NCBI GenBank assembly: GCA_963823035.1
Contig: CAWGKG010000017.1
Span: 96,001 to 160,000 of the forward strand
From: an uncultured Gemmatimonadales bacterium
GTDB lineage: Bacteria > Gemmatimonadota > Gemmatimonadetes > Longimicrobiales > Gaopeijiaceae
Reading direction: 5' to 3'
DNA: 64,000 nt
The translations under genes were made by a program, and so were the position numbers. The notes under the pieces were generated by a model that saw only the letters and a list, made by a program, of their open reading frames with translations, did not search any database and was not told the DNA's origin. Positions 32,948-44,891 of this stretch are shown here, piece after piece (positions within the stretch are counted from its first letter, which is position 1; each line of letters begins with the position of its first letter).

Positions 32948-35900
32948 ATGGGACGTCGACTACAGTACCTGACCGGTGCGCTCCTGGCGGTCCTTTGGTG
33001 GGCCCCGCTCGGCGCACAACAATCCACCGGCACCATCGTCGGCCACGTCACCGACGGTGCCACGCAGCAGGGTCTCTCGGGAGTCACCGTTCAGATCGGC
33101 AACCGTGGGGCCCTGACCCAGAACGACGGTCGCTACATCATCCCGGGGGTGCCCGCGGGGACGTACGAGCTGCGCACGACGATGATCGGCTACGCGGAGG
33201 CCACGCAGTCCGTCACGGTCCAGGCCGGCCAGACGGTGACCGTGGACGTGCCGATGGCTTCGCAGGCGCTGAACCTGGCGGAGATCGTCGTCATCGCGTA
33301 CGGCCAGCAGCGCGCGGGCAACCTGACCGGCTCCGTGAAGCAGGTCACACCCGAAGAGTTCAACAAGGGGCGCATCGTCACGCCGCAGCAGCTCATCCAG
33401 AGCAAGGTGGCGGGCGTCCAGATCGTGGACAGCAACGAGCCGGGCGGCGGCAGCGCCATCCGGATCCGCGGCGCGACCTCGATCAACGCGAGCAGTGACC
33501 CTCTCGTGGTCATCGACGGCATGCCCGTGGGCACGGGCGCCGGAGGCGGCCTCTCGGACGGACGTGACGCGCTCAACTTCCTGAACCCCAACGAGATCGA
33601 GAGCATCACGGTCCTCAAGGACGCCTCTGCCGCGGCGCTGTACGGCGCCAACGCGGCCAACGGCGTGCTGATCATCACGACGAAGAAGGGCGCGGAGCGG
33701 CCGCAGCTCGAGTACTCCGGCAGCGTATCGGCTTCCAGGGTCACGCGCCTGCCCGACATGCTGAGCGCGGATCAGTTCCGCACGGCGGTCCAGCAGTACG
33801 CACCGCAGAACGCGGGCCAGCTCGGATCGGCGAACACGAACTGGTTCGACCTCGTCGACCGCACCGGCATCGGCCAGGAGCACAACATCGCGGTGTCCGG
33901 AAGGGGCACGGCGATGGACTACCGCTTCTCCGTCGGCTACCTGAACCAGCGCGGCATCATCGACGGCACGAAGCTCGAGCGGCTCTCGGTCGGGATGAAC
34001 TACGACCAGCGCCTCCTCGACGACCGCCTCGACATCAAGGCGAACATCAAGGCGTCCCGCGCCGACAACCGCTACACGCCGGGGGGCGTGATCTCGAACG
34101 CCGCCCAGTTCGGTCCGACGCAGCCCATCATGGATGCAACGAACCCGACGGGCTACTACGAGTGGCCCGGCAACACGCTGCAGTCGCCGGACAATCCCCT
34201 GGCTGTGCTGAACCTGGCCACCGACCGGGGCACGACGGAGCGGAGCATCGGCAACCTCCAGGCCTCGTACGACCTCCCGTTCTTGACCGCCCTGAAGGCG
34301 AACGTGAACCTCGGCTACGACATCACGCAGGCCGAGCGCGAGACCTTCAGCCCGAGCAACCTGCACAGCCAGCTCAAGTCGGGTGGGGGCGGCACCGTCT
34401 ACCGCCGCAACCCCTCGGTCGCGAATACCGTGCTGGAGACGTACCTCAACTACGCGTCGCCCCTGAACGTCGCCCCGGGGCGCGTGGACCTGACGGCGGG
34501 CTACTCGTACTCGCAGTCGCACGCCAAGAACCCCTGGTTCCAGGCGTCCGGTCTCAGCACCAACCTCCTCGGGGACAACGGGATCCCCGGTGCGAAGACC
34601 GTGCAGAACCAGCAGGACATCCAGGACAGCCGGTTGATCTCCTTCTTCGGCCGGCTGAACTACAACCTGAACGACGAGTACCTGGTGGCGCTCAGCGTCC
34701 GGCGCGACGGGTCTTCCCGCTTCGGTGAGGCCAACGCCTGGGGCGTGTTCCCCGCGGTCGCCCTCGCATGGCGCATCTCGCAGCAGCCTTTCCTGCAGGA
34801 CATCGAGGCCCTCTCGGACCTCAAGCTGCGCGCCTCGTGGGGCAAGACGGGCAACCAGGCTTTCGCGAACTACCAGCAGTACTCGACCTACCTCGTCGGT
34901 GACGCGCAGACGCAGTACCAGTTCGGCAGATGAGTACGTCACCACCATCCGCCCGAGCGCGTCCGACCCGGACATCAAGTGGGAGGAGACCAAGTCCTGG
35001 GACGTCGGTCTCGACTACGGGTTCATGGACCAGCGGTTCACCGGGGCCGATCGACTGGTACAGCAAGGACACCAAGGACCTGATCTTCACGGTGCCCGTG
35101 GCCGCCGGCACGAACCTCTCCAACTACCTGACCACCAACATCGGCAGCATGAAGAACTCGGGCCTCGAGCTCAGCCTGAGCGCCGACATCCTTCGCGGCG
35201 AGTCCGGCGGCCTGAGTTGGACCGGCGTCTTCAACGCGTCGCACAACACGAACGAGCTGGTCAGCATCAACCCCTTCGCGGGCGAGTCGCAGCAGATCCT
35301 GACCGGCCTCGTCTCGGGCGGCGTCGGCACCTACATCCAGGTCTACCAGCCAGGCGTGCCGATCAACTCGTTCTACGTCTATCAGCACAAGATGAGGAAC
35401 GGGAAGCCCATCTACGAGGACAACAACGGGCTCGACTCCGAGGGGCACTTCACGGGCCAGCCGGACGGCACCATCAACGAGCAGGACCTCTACGTGGACG
35501 TCAACGGGGACGGCGTCATCAACGTCTCCGACCGCCGGGCGTACAACGATCCCTCGCCCAAGTGGATCTTCGGCCACACGTCGAACCTGACGTACGGCAA
35601 CTTCGACCTCGCGCTCACGCTGCGTGCGTACGTCGGGAACTGGGTCTACAACAACGTGGCCTCGAACCTGGGCACGTATGCGGAAGTGACCCGCGCCTCC
35701 CCGTACAACCTCCACGCGTCGGTGCTCGAGACCGGCTTCGAGACGCCGCAGTACCTGTCGGACTATTACGTGGAGGACGGGTCGTTCCTCCGGATGGACG
35801 ACATCACGGTCGGATACTCTTTCGACTACCAGGGACGTCCGCTTCGCCTCTACGGGACCGTGCAGAGCGCGTTCACGTTGACCGGCTACAGCGGCGTCGA

Positions 35901-35985
35901 CCCGACCGCGGGGCTGAACGGCCTCGACAACAACATCTACCCGCGCTCACGCACCTTCACGGGTGGGCTGAGCGTCCGCTTCTGA
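32948..35985 (+). CDS. susC: SusC/RagA family TonB-dependent receptor (frameshifts near 34925 and 35045)
   Basis: IRIRGATSINASSDPLVVIDG; LNPNEIESITVLKDASAAALYGANAANGVLIITTKKG; RRDGSSRFG; YYVEDGSFLRMD; YPRSRTFTGGLSVRF. Confidence 0.95.
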
Positions 35986-36025
35986 GCGCGGCCATGGATT
36001 CGACCATTCGAGAAGGGACGGGGAC

Positions 36026-37603
36026 ATGAACATGACACTACGCAAGGTGCTCGGCGCCGCCGTCGGCCTCGTGCTCGTCGCCACGGCCGCGTGCACCGAC
36101 ACGGTGGTGCAACCGAAGAGCACCATCACCGACGCCAACGTATTCAACGATCCGAGCTCGTACCGGGCGTTCATCGCGAAGGTCTACGCGGGGCTCGCCG
36201 TGAGCGGGCAGCAGGGTGCGGCCGGTCAGCCGGACATCCAGGGGATCGACGAAGGGTTCTCGCAGTACCTGCGCCTCCTGTGGGAGGCGCAGGAGTTGCC
36301 GACGGACGAGGCCGTAATCGGCTGGGGCGACATCGGGCTGCCCGAGATGAACACGCAGCTCTGGGCCTCCGACAACTCGTTCGTGGTGGCCATGTACTAC
36401 CGGATCTTCTTCCAGGTGGGGATGGCGAACGAGTTCCTGCGCGAGACGACGGACGCGAAGCTGGACGCCCGGGGTGCGACGTCCGCGCTCAAGGGCCAGG
36501 TCGCGCAGTACCGCGCGGAGGCCCGCTTCCTGCGTGCGCTCAGCTATTGGCACGCGATCGACCTCTTCGGGAACGTTCCGCTCGTGACCGAGGACGATCC
36601 GCTCGGCTCCACGCCGCCCATGCAGTCCACGCGGCAGGAGATCTACGACTACGTCGTGAGCGAGCTGGAGGACATCAAGGGTGAGCTGCCCGCCCCCGGC
36701 GCGTCCACGTACGGACGCGCGACCGGCCCGGCGGCGTCCATGCTGCTGGCCAAGCTCTACATGAACGCCGAGGTCTACACCGGCACGGCGAACTGGAGCA
36801 GCGCGCTCACCGCCATCCAGGACGTCATCAACTCGGGCGCCTATTCGCTGGATCCGAAGTATCGGCACATCTTCATGGCCGACAACAACACCTCGCCCGA
36901 GATCATCTTCCCGATCACGCAGGACGGGCTGAAGACGCAGACGTGGGGCGGCGTGACCTTCATCATCCACGCCTCCTGCGGCGGCAGCATGGCCAACCTC
37001 GACTACGGGATCGACGGGTGCTGGTGGGGCATCCGGCTGAAGCAGCAGGCCTACAACCTCTTCGCCGCAGACGATCCGCGCAGATCGTACTTCTACACGA
37101 CGGACCAGGCGGTCGACGTCTCCAGCATCGGCGACTGGGCGAAGGGCATCGCCGCGCCGAAGTTCACCAACGTGACGTCGGGGGGGCAGATCGGCTCGCA
37201 CAAGACGCACGTCGACACGGACTTCCCCGTGTTCCGTCTCGGTGACGCCTACCTCATGTACGCCGAAGCCGTGCTACGTGGCGGCGGCGGCAGCCGGGCG
37301 CAGGCGCTCACCTACGTGAACGCGCTGCGTGAGCGCGCCTACGGGGACGCGAGCGCGGACATCACCGACGCCGAGCTCACCCTGCCGTTCATCCTCGATG
37401 AGCGCGGCCGCGAGCTGCTGTGGGAGGGCCACCGCCGGACCGACCTGATCCGCTTCGGGCTCTTCACCGGCGGGGACTATCTGTGGGCCTGGAAGGGCGG
37501 CGGGGAGAACGGCACGGCCACCCAGGCGTTCCGTGATCTCTATCCGCTGCCGGCGTCGGAGCTCGTGGCCAACCCGAACCTGACGCAGAACGCGGGCTAC
37601 TGA
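36026..37603 (+). CDS. susD: SusD family lipoprotein resembling starch/maltodextrin-binding SusD
   Basis: Lipobox TAAC; GIDEGFSQYLRLLWEAQELPTDEAVIGWGD; ILDERGRELLWEGHRRTDLIRFG; WAWKGG; NPNLTQNAGY. Confidence 0.93.
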   Translation: MNMTLRKVLGAAVGLVLVATAACTDTVVQPKSTITDANVFNDPSSYRAFIAKVYAGLAVSGQQGAAGQPDIQGIDEGFSQYLRLLWEAQELPTDEAVIGWGDIGLPEMNTQLWASDNSFVVAMYYRIFFQVGMANEFLRETTDAKLDARGATSALKGQVAQYRAEARFLRALSYWHAIDLFGNVPLVTEDDPLGSTPPMQSTRQEIYDYVVSELEDIKGELPAPGASTYGRATGPAASMLLAKLYMNAEVYTGTANWSSALTAIQDVINSGAYSLDPKYRHIFMADNNTSPEIIFPITQDGLKTQTWGGVTFIIHASCGGSMANLDYGIDGCWWGIRLKQQAYNLFAADDPRRSYFYTTDQAVDVSSIGDWAKGIAAPKFTNVTSGGQIGSHKTHVDTDFPVFRLGDAYLMYAEAVLRGGGGSRAQALTYVNALRERAYGDASADITDAELTLPFILDERGRELLWEGHRRTDLIRFGLFTGGDYLWAWKGGGENGTATQAFRDLYPLPASELVANPNLTQNAGY

Positions 37604-37657
37604 CGAGGAACCGCGAACGGGTTACCGCCCCCGACGCATGAGAGAGGATGGAGACTC

Positions 37658-39718
37658 TTGAAGAAGCACATGGTTCGCTGGACCACCCGCCTGGCGGTCG
37701 CGTGGACGGCCGGGACGCTGTTCACGACGGCGGCGTGCGCCCAGCAGCCCCTGCAGGTGGCCTCGCCCGACGGTCGCACCGTGGTCACGGTGGCGACGCA
37801 GGACGGAGCGCTGGCCTACAGCGTGGACCGGGACGGGAGGGCGCTGCTCCTCCCGTCCCGGCTCGGCTTCGAGTTCAGGGGCGCCGCGCCCCTGCGTGAC
37901 GGGCTGCGCGTCACCGGCTCCCGACGCGCTTCGGCCGACACGACGTGGCAGCAGCCGTGGGGCCAGGTGGCGCAGGTCCGCGACCACCACAACGAGCTCG
38001 AGGTGTCCGTGGAGGAGAGCGGCGCGCCGCGCCGCCGGTTCCAGGTCGTCTTCCGTGTGTTCGACGATGGGATCGGCTTCCGCTACGTGCTCCCCGCGCA
38101 GCCGGCCCTCGACACCTTCGCGATCCAGGAGGAGCTCACGGAGTTCTCCTTCGCGGGGAACGCGAAGGCGTGGTGGATCCCGTCCGACAAGCCGCGCATG
38201 GACCGCTCCGAGATGCTGTACTCGGAGTCTCCTCTGAGCCTGCTGGACAGCATCCAGACGCCCGTGACGCTGGAGAGCCGTGACGAGCACACGTTCATGG
38301 TCATCCACGAGGCCGACCTGGTCGACTATCCCCGCATGTTCCTCGCGGGAACGGAGTTGGAAGGCCGGCGACTGAAAGCGGCGTTGGCGCCGATGCACGA
38401 CGGGGTGAAGGCCCGGGGCCACACGCCGTTCTCCACCCCCTGGAGGACGATCCAGATCGCGGATCGTGTCGAGGATCTCGTCCCGTCGGTCCTGGGGCTG
38501 AACCTGAACCCGCCCAGCGTCATCGAGGACACAGACTGGATCCATCCGATGAAGTACGTCGGGATCTGGTGGGGGATGCACCTCGGCACGATGACGTGGA
38601 GCTCGGGCCCCAAGCACGGTGCCACCACGGCCAACACCCGCCGCTACATCGACTTCGCCGCAGCCAACGGCTTCGGCGGGGTCCTCGTGGAGGGGTGGAA
38701 CATCGGGTGGGACGGCGACTGGATCGCGAACGGCGGCGTGTTCTCGTTCACCGAGCCGTACCCGGACTACGACCTCCGCGGACTGGCGGCGTACGCGCGG
38801 GAGAAGGGCGTCGGGCTCATCGCGCACAACGAGACGTCGGGCGGGATCTGGAACTACGAGAGCCAGATGGACTCGGCCTTCTCGCTCTACGAGTCGCTGG
38901 GGATCCACGCGATCAAGTCGGGCTACGTGACCGACACGCTACGCAACGGCGACTCGCACTACTCGCAGACGATGGTCCGCCACCATCGCCTGGTGCTGGA
39001 GAAGGCGGCCGAGCACCACATCATGATGGACGTGCACGAGCCGATCCACGACACGGGCGAGCGGCGCACGTACCCGAACATGATGACCCGTGAGGGCTCG
39101 CGCGGGCAGGAATACAACGCGTGGTCGGGAGACGGCGGCAACCCGCCGGAGCACGAGACCATCCTCTTCTTCACGCGGTTGATTCCGGGACCGATGGACT
39201 TCACGCCCGGCATCTTCGACATCCTCGAGGCTTCGGCCAACGGCCACCCGCGCTCGCCGGACCAACCGCGCGTCCGCACGACGCTGGCGAAGCAGCTCGC
39301 CCTCTATGTGGTGATCTGGTCGCCGGTGCAGATGGCGGCCGACCTCATCGAGAACTACGAGGACCGGCCCGCCTTCCAGTTCATTCGCGACGTGCCGGTC
39401 GACTGGGAGCAGACGAAGGTCCTGCAGGGACGCATCGGCGACTACGTGGTCGTGGCGCGCCAGGAGCGGGGGGGCGACGACTGGTACGTCGGCGCGATCA
39501 CGGACGAGGAGGCACGGACCTTCGAGGTCCCGCTCGACTTCCTTCCGGCCGGCAAGCGCTACGTCGCCGAGATCTACGCCGACGGGGCGGGCGCCGACTG
39601 GCTCACCAACCCCCTCCCGGTGGACATCTCGAGCCAGGACGTCGACGCAGGCACCACGCTGACGCTCCGACTCGCCCCGGGCGGCGGCCAGGCCATCCGC
39701 ATCCGGGCGGCCGGGTGA
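37658..39718 (+). CDS. susB: GH97 alpha-glucosidase (SusB-like, inverting subgroup)
   Basis: KYVGIWWGMH; HGATTANTRRYIDFAA; AHNETS; IKSGYV; DVHEP; REGSRGQEYNAW; GPMDFTPGIF. Confidence 0.93.
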   Translation: MKKHMVRWTTRLAVAWTAGTLFTTAACAQQPLQVASPDGRTVVTVATQDGALAYSVDRDGRALLLPSRLGFEFRGAAPLRDGLRVTGSRRASADTTWQQPWGQVAQVRDHHNELEVSVEESGAPRRRFQVVFRVFDDGIGFRYVLPAQPALDTFAIQEELTEFSFAGNAKAWWIPSDKPRMDRSEMLYSESPLSLLDSIQTPVTLESRDEHTFMVIHEADLVDYPRMFLAGTELEGRRLKAALAPMHDGVKARGHTPFSTPWRTIQIADRVEDLVPSVLGLNLNPPSVIEDTDWIHPMKYVGIWWGMHLGTMTWSSGPKHGATTANTRRYIDFAAANGFGGVLVEGWNIGWDGDWIANGGVFSFTEPYPDYDLRGLAAYAREKGVGLIAHNETSGGIWNYESQMDSAFSLYESLGIHAIKSGYVTDTLRNGDSHYSQTMVRHHRLVLEKAAEHHIMMDVHEPIHDTGERRTYPNMMTREGSRGQEYNAWSGDGGNPPEHETILFFTRLIPGPMDFTPGIFDILEASANGHPRSPDQPRVRTTLAKQLALYVVIWSPVQMAADLIENYEDRPAFQFIRDVPVDWEQTKVLQGRIGDYVVVARQERGGDDWYVGAITDEEARTFEVPLDFLPAGKRYVAEIYADGAGADWLTNPLPVDISSQDVDAGTTLTLRLAPGGGQAIRIRAAG

Positions 39719-39743
39719 GCCTGCGCCTCGACCGCACGACTCG

Positions 39744-40791
39744 ATGACGACCCGGCGCACGAAGGCGCGGGCGGCCGTGGACGACGCGGCCGCGGGCGCG
39801 CGGGTGGTCGCCGACATCGGCGGCACCAACGCCCGGTTCGCCACGCTGACGCCCTCGGGGGGCCTCGAAGGTATCGAGGTCATGGCCTGCGCCGACTTCC
39901 CGTGCATCGAAGACGCGATCGGCGCCTACTTCCGCAGCCATGACGTCCGCCGACCGAGCCAGGTCTGTCTCGCCGTGGCCGGACCCGTGGACCAGGACCC
40001 CGTAGAACTGCCGAACAACCACTGGGCGTTCAGCCGCCACGAGCTGGAGCGGGAGCTGGGTGCGCCGCTGACGCTCATCAACGATTTCACGGCGCAGGCG
40101 CTGAGCATCGACCTCCTCGGCGAGGGCGACCTGACCTGGATCGGGATACCCCGCCTTCACGAGGTGGGCTGCCGCGTGGTGGTCGGTCCGGGCACGGGGC
40201 TGGGGGTCGCCATCCAGGTCCCCGGCGGCGAGGTCATCCCGTCCGAGGGCGGCCACGTCGGCTTCACGCCCACCAGCGACCACGAGATCGACCTTCTGCG
40301 CACGCTGCGTACGCGCTTCCGGAGGGTGTCGGCGGAGAGGCTCCTCTCCGGGCCCGGGCTGGAGAACCTCTACTGGGCGAACTGGCACCTGAAGCGCGAC
40401 TCCACCGAGTCCGCGTGGACCCCGGTCCCCGCACGAGAGGTCGCGGCGATGGCGGCGCGGGGAGAGCCCCTCGCGCTGCAGGCGATCGAGGACTTCCTCG
40501 ACATCCTCGCCACCTTCGCGGGCGACCTGGCGCTGACGGCCTGGGCGACCGGCGGCGTCTTCCTGTCCGGAGGCATCCTCCCGAAGCTCGGCGCCCTCTT
40601 CGACCTGGAGAGGTTCCGCAACCGCTTCGAGGACAAGGGCCGCTTCACCCGCTTCTGCGAGACGGTTCCCATCGGCTGGATCCGCTTCGAGCATCCCGGG
40701 CCTTCTGGGCTGCGCGGCCGCGCTGCTGGGGAAGGACGGCAGCCTGCCCGCCGCGGGCGCCGCGTGCCCGTGTGAAGGGAAGATCTCGTGA
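39744..40791 (+). CDS. glk: Glucokinase (Glk family); frameshift near 40700
   Basis: [56 protein letters not shown]. In the corrected frame ([10 protein letters not shown]..) it ends at TGA 40789-40791, overlapping the next GTG. Confidence 0.92.
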
Positions 40792-42454
40792 GCCGAGCGG
40801 CCCCGATCGCCCCGGTCGCGGTGCTGGTCGCTCCTCGCGGCCTCGGCGTGCGCACCCGCGCGAGCCGGCGGCCGAGACGGCGGAAGGCTCCGCCACCGAG
40901 CTCGCCGACGATTGGCGGGACGGCGGCGTCTGCTACGAGATCTTCGTGCGCTCCTTCTACGACAGCGACGGGGACGGGATCGGCGACCTGCAGGGCCTCA
41001 TCCGGCAAGCTCGACTACATCAACGACGGCGACGACGCCACGGACGGCGATCTGGGCGCGCGCTGCATCTGGCTGATGCCCATCTCCCCTTCCCCCAGCT
41101 ACCACGGCTACGACGTCACGGACTACTACGGCGTCAACCCGGACTACGGCACGGTCGAGGACTTCACGGACGTTCGTGGCCGCCGCGCACCGAGCGGGGC
41201 ATCCGCGTGCTCGTCGACCTGGTGCCCAACCACACCTCGAACCGAGCATCCGTGGTTCCAGGACGCGCTGCGCGACCCGAACTCGCCCTATCGGCGCTAC
41301 TACCGCTGGTCGGACGACGCCCGGGCCGGACAACGAGTGGGGCGACAACGACTGGCGCCGCTCTCCCGTGCGCGACGAGTACTACTACGGCTTCTTCTCC
41401 CCCGTCATGCCCGACCTGAACTGGGCGTCGCCCGAGGTCGATGCGAGGAGATGGAGCGCGTCGCCGACTTCTGGCTCCGGGACATGGGCGTGGACGGATT
41501 CCGCCTGGACGCGGTGCGCCACCTGGTGGAGGGAGACGACGGACGGGCGGCGAACGTCGCGGCCACGCACGACGTGCTGCGCGACCTACGAGGCGCACAT
41601 CCGGGCGGTCGCGCCCCGACGCGTTCACCGTCGGCGAGGTGTTCGACAGCACCGACGTGCTCATGTCGTACTACCCCGACCAGCTCGACGCGTACTTCGC
41701 CTTCCAGGTGGCGAACGCCATCGTCGCGTCGGTGAACGAGGGGCGCGCCGGCAACCTCACGGCCTCGGTGCTGGAGCTCCAGAGCAGGGTGCCGAACGAC
41801 CGCTGGGCGCCTTTCCTGCGCAATCACGACCAGACGCGCACGATGACGGAGCTGCACGGGGACGTGGCGCGCGCCAAGCTGGCGGCCAGCCTCCTGCTCA
41901 CACTCCCCGGCGTGCCCTTCCTGTACTACGGAGAGGAGATCGGGATGAGCGGCGCCAAGCCCGATCCGCGTCTGCGCACGCCCATGCAGTGGACCCGCGA
42001 GCGCGCGGCCGGCTTCACCACCGGATCGCCGTGGGAGCCGCTCCAGGCCGACTCCTTCACCGCGAACGTGTCGGTGGAGGACGCCGACCCCGGATCGCTC
42101 CTCAACCACTACCGCCGCCTCGTCCACCTGCGCGCCGCCACGCCTGCCCTGGGCTCCGGGAAGCTCGTCCCGCTGGACGCCGGCACGGACCAGGTGGTGG
42201 CCTGGCTGCGCGAGGCGGACGAGGACCTCGCCCTCGTGGTCGCGAACCTCGGCGACTCCGAGGTGCGCGGCGTCACGCTCTCCTCCTCGGACGCGACGCT
42301 GCCGGCCGGGCGCTACGCCGCATCCATGCTGCTCGGCGCCGGCACGCCGCCCCGGCTGTCGGTCGGTGGGGACGGGCGGGTGCGGGGCTATGCGCCGCTT
42401 CCCTCGCTGGCGGCTCGGACGGCCTACGTCATCCGGCTGACGGCGGGCGGGTAG
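40788..42454 (+). CDS. GH13 alpha-amylase/neopullulanase-like enzyme (AmyA/SusG-like), probable lipoprotein; multiple frameshifts
   Basis: [73 protein letters not shown]. Confidence 0.9.
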
Positions 42455-42487
42455 GTAGGCGGATCCGCAGCCGTCGACGCCGACGCG

Positions 42488-43054
42488 CTACCCTTCGGCC
42501 GCGCGTAGCTCGATCCGGTATCGGCACCGGGCCCCACCCCGCAGGATCGACTCGACCACCTCCGCGCGGACCGGGCCTCCCGTCACGGTCGAGAACATCC
42601 TCCTGGCGAACCCCTCCGAGCAGGAGCAGAGCGCGCCCAACGCGTCCCCGTGATCGTCCGGTACCAGCGGGCACACGCACCGGTCCTTGTTCTCGTTCGC
42701 CAACACGACGCCGGATACCGTGTCGTGCTCGACGATCCACCCCCACTCGGAGCGCAGGAAGGCGAGGAACGAAGGGAGGTCGCCGCGGAAGGGGGCCAGC
42801 GTCGCGTCCATGTCCAACTGCTCGTAGTGGGACGCGGAGCACCGTCCGAGCACTTCTCTCGCCTCGTCGGCATCGAGGCCGGCGAGCGCCGGGAGCAGGG
42901 TGGCGATCCACCTCCGCGGCAGGTCGGGCGGTTCGGCGTCCGCGGGCTCGGCCGCGTCGGCTCGGCCGGCCCCGGCGCACGCACCGATCCCGGCGAAGCA
43001 CGCCGTCCTGAGAAACGCCCTGCGCCCCGCTTCGGACACCCGGTCGGGCTTCAT
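42488..43054 (-). CDS. Cys-rich protein with Tat-like signal (DUF6144/V4R-like)
   Basis: GRRAFLRTACFAGIGACAG; LGRCS, RCVCPLV, LCSCSEGF, SILRGGARCRYRI. Confidence 0.7.
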   Translation of the reverse strand: MKPDRVSEAGRRAFLRTACFAGIGACAGAGRADAAEPADAEPPDLPRRWIATLLPALAGLDADEAREVLGRCSASHYEQLDMDATLAPFRGDLPSFLAFLRSEWGWIVEHDTVSGVVLANENKDRCVCPLVPDDHGDALGALCSCSEGFARRMFSTVTGGPVRAEVVESILRGGARCRYRIELRAAEG

Positions 43055-43222
43055 GTCGCCTCCTCGTCACCCCCTCCTACGAAGATCCCGAAAGGGAGCA
43101 CCCGGCGCCAGCCGTCGTCCGCTGGAGGAGTGTTGGAAGGCGACCTCCCGTGCGCATCTTCGGGCATGCGCGCAGCAGACTCTCCCACCGCCGAGCCCGG
43201 CCCTCCCGGACGGGAGTCGCCC

Positions 43223-44846
43223 ATGAGCCTCGGCCGGCGTGCCGTCGCCACGGCGCTCCTCGGCCTGGCCGCGACCGCCTGCGGGGAGTCGTCGACCGCG
43301 CCGCCCCAGGGCGGCCTACCTCCGGAAGGGCGGCCGACGCTGTTCCCCACCTATCGCGCGAGCGGCCACATGGCCGCCGGCGACGTCTTCGTCCACCTCT
43401 TCGAGTGGAAGTGGACCGACATCGCGAAGGAGTGCGAGCGGTTCCTGGGCCCGATGGGCTACCACGCCGTGCAGGTGTCCCCGCCCCAGGAGCACAGCCT
43501 CACGCCGAGCGAGGACTGGAGCGAGCGCTACCAGCCCGTGAGCTACAGCCTGGCGCGCAGCCGCTCGGGCACGGAGGCGGAGTTCGCCGACATGGTGGAG
43601 CGGTGCGGGGCCGCCGGCGTCGGCATCTACGTGGACGCGGTCATCAACCACATGACCAACTTCCCGAGCCCCGGCGTGGGTAGCGCCGGCACGGCGTACA
43701 CGAAGTACAGCTACCCGGGCCTCTACACCCCCGAGGACTTCCACACGCCCTGCCCCCTCGACGACTACTCCGACGCGGCCACGGTGCAGGACTGCGAGCT
43801 GCTCGGCCTCCCGGACCTGAACACGGGCAAGCCGAGCGTCCAACAGAAGATCGCGGGCTACCTGATCGCGCTCGCCCGCCTCGGGGTCGCGGGCTTCCGT
43901 ATCGACGCGGCCAAGCACATCCAGCAGGTGGAGCTCGACCGCATCCTCACGCTCGTCGACTCCACGGTGACCGCCGAAGGACGCCCGATTCCCTACTGGT
44001 TCCTGGAGGTCATCGGCGGCGGCGGCGAGGCGCTGTCGCCGCGGGACTACTACGGCGAGGCGTACCGGAGCGGCGGGCTCCGCGGACATCACCGAGTTCA
44101 CCTTCTCGGGCGTGCAGGACAAGTTCCTGGGCCGCAGCGGCCAGCACATCTCGCAGCTCGACCCGAACGGGCCTCCAGGCAGCCGATTCTCGGAGAGCGC
44201 GTGGGGGCTCATGCCGTCCGACAAGGCCGTGGTCTTCCTGGAGAACCACGACTCCCAGCACCAGACGGGCCAGATCGGCTACCGGGAAGGCCAGGTCTTC
44301 CGCCTGGCCAACGTGTGGATGCTCGCGCAGCCGTACGGCTATCCCAAGATCCTGTCGAGCTACGCCTTCGACAGGCCGGGGCAGAACTCCATGGGTCCTC
44401 CGTCCGACGCTGCGGGCGTCACGAAGGACGTGGTGTGCGCCTCCAGCCTAGAGGCCGCGAGGGTGGGCGACTGGGTGTGCGAGCACCGCGATCCGATGAT
44501 CGCCTCCATGGTGGCCTTCCGCCGTGAGGTCGCGGGCACCGCCGTCGACAACTGGTGGGACGACGGCGCCAACGCGATCGCCTTCTCACGAGGCGACCGT
44601 GGCTTCGTCGCGATCAACCGGGAGGCGGACAGCGTCGCCGTGGCCCTCGCCACCGGGATGGCGCCGGGCACGTACTGCGACGTGCTGAGCGGGGGACCGG
44701 CCGCCTCGGAATCGGCGTGCGTGGGCGCGTCGCTGGTCGTCGACGCGAGCGGAACCGTCGAGCTGGCGCTCGCCGCGAACTCGGCGGTCGCGATCCACGC
44801 GGGTACCCTGCTCGGCTCGTCCCCCGGTTCGACGGCCCGGAGGTGA
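43223..44846 (+). CDS. GH13 alpha-amylase, animal/actinobacterial-like (GH13_32-type), lipoprotein; frameshift near 44080
   Basis: Lipobox ATAC; VHLFEWKWTDIAKECERFLGP; VQVSPPQEH; YQPVSY; DAVINH; GFRIDAAKH; FLENHD; IAFSRGDRGFVAIN. Confidence 0.92.
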
Positions 44847-44891
44847 GGTGGTCGCGTCGCTCTCCTCGACGTTCCAGGAGAACGCGCCGCT

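Noticed and set aside
35455..35535. EF-hand-like DxNxDG motifs in SusC
   Set aside because: Common loop feature of SusC receptors.
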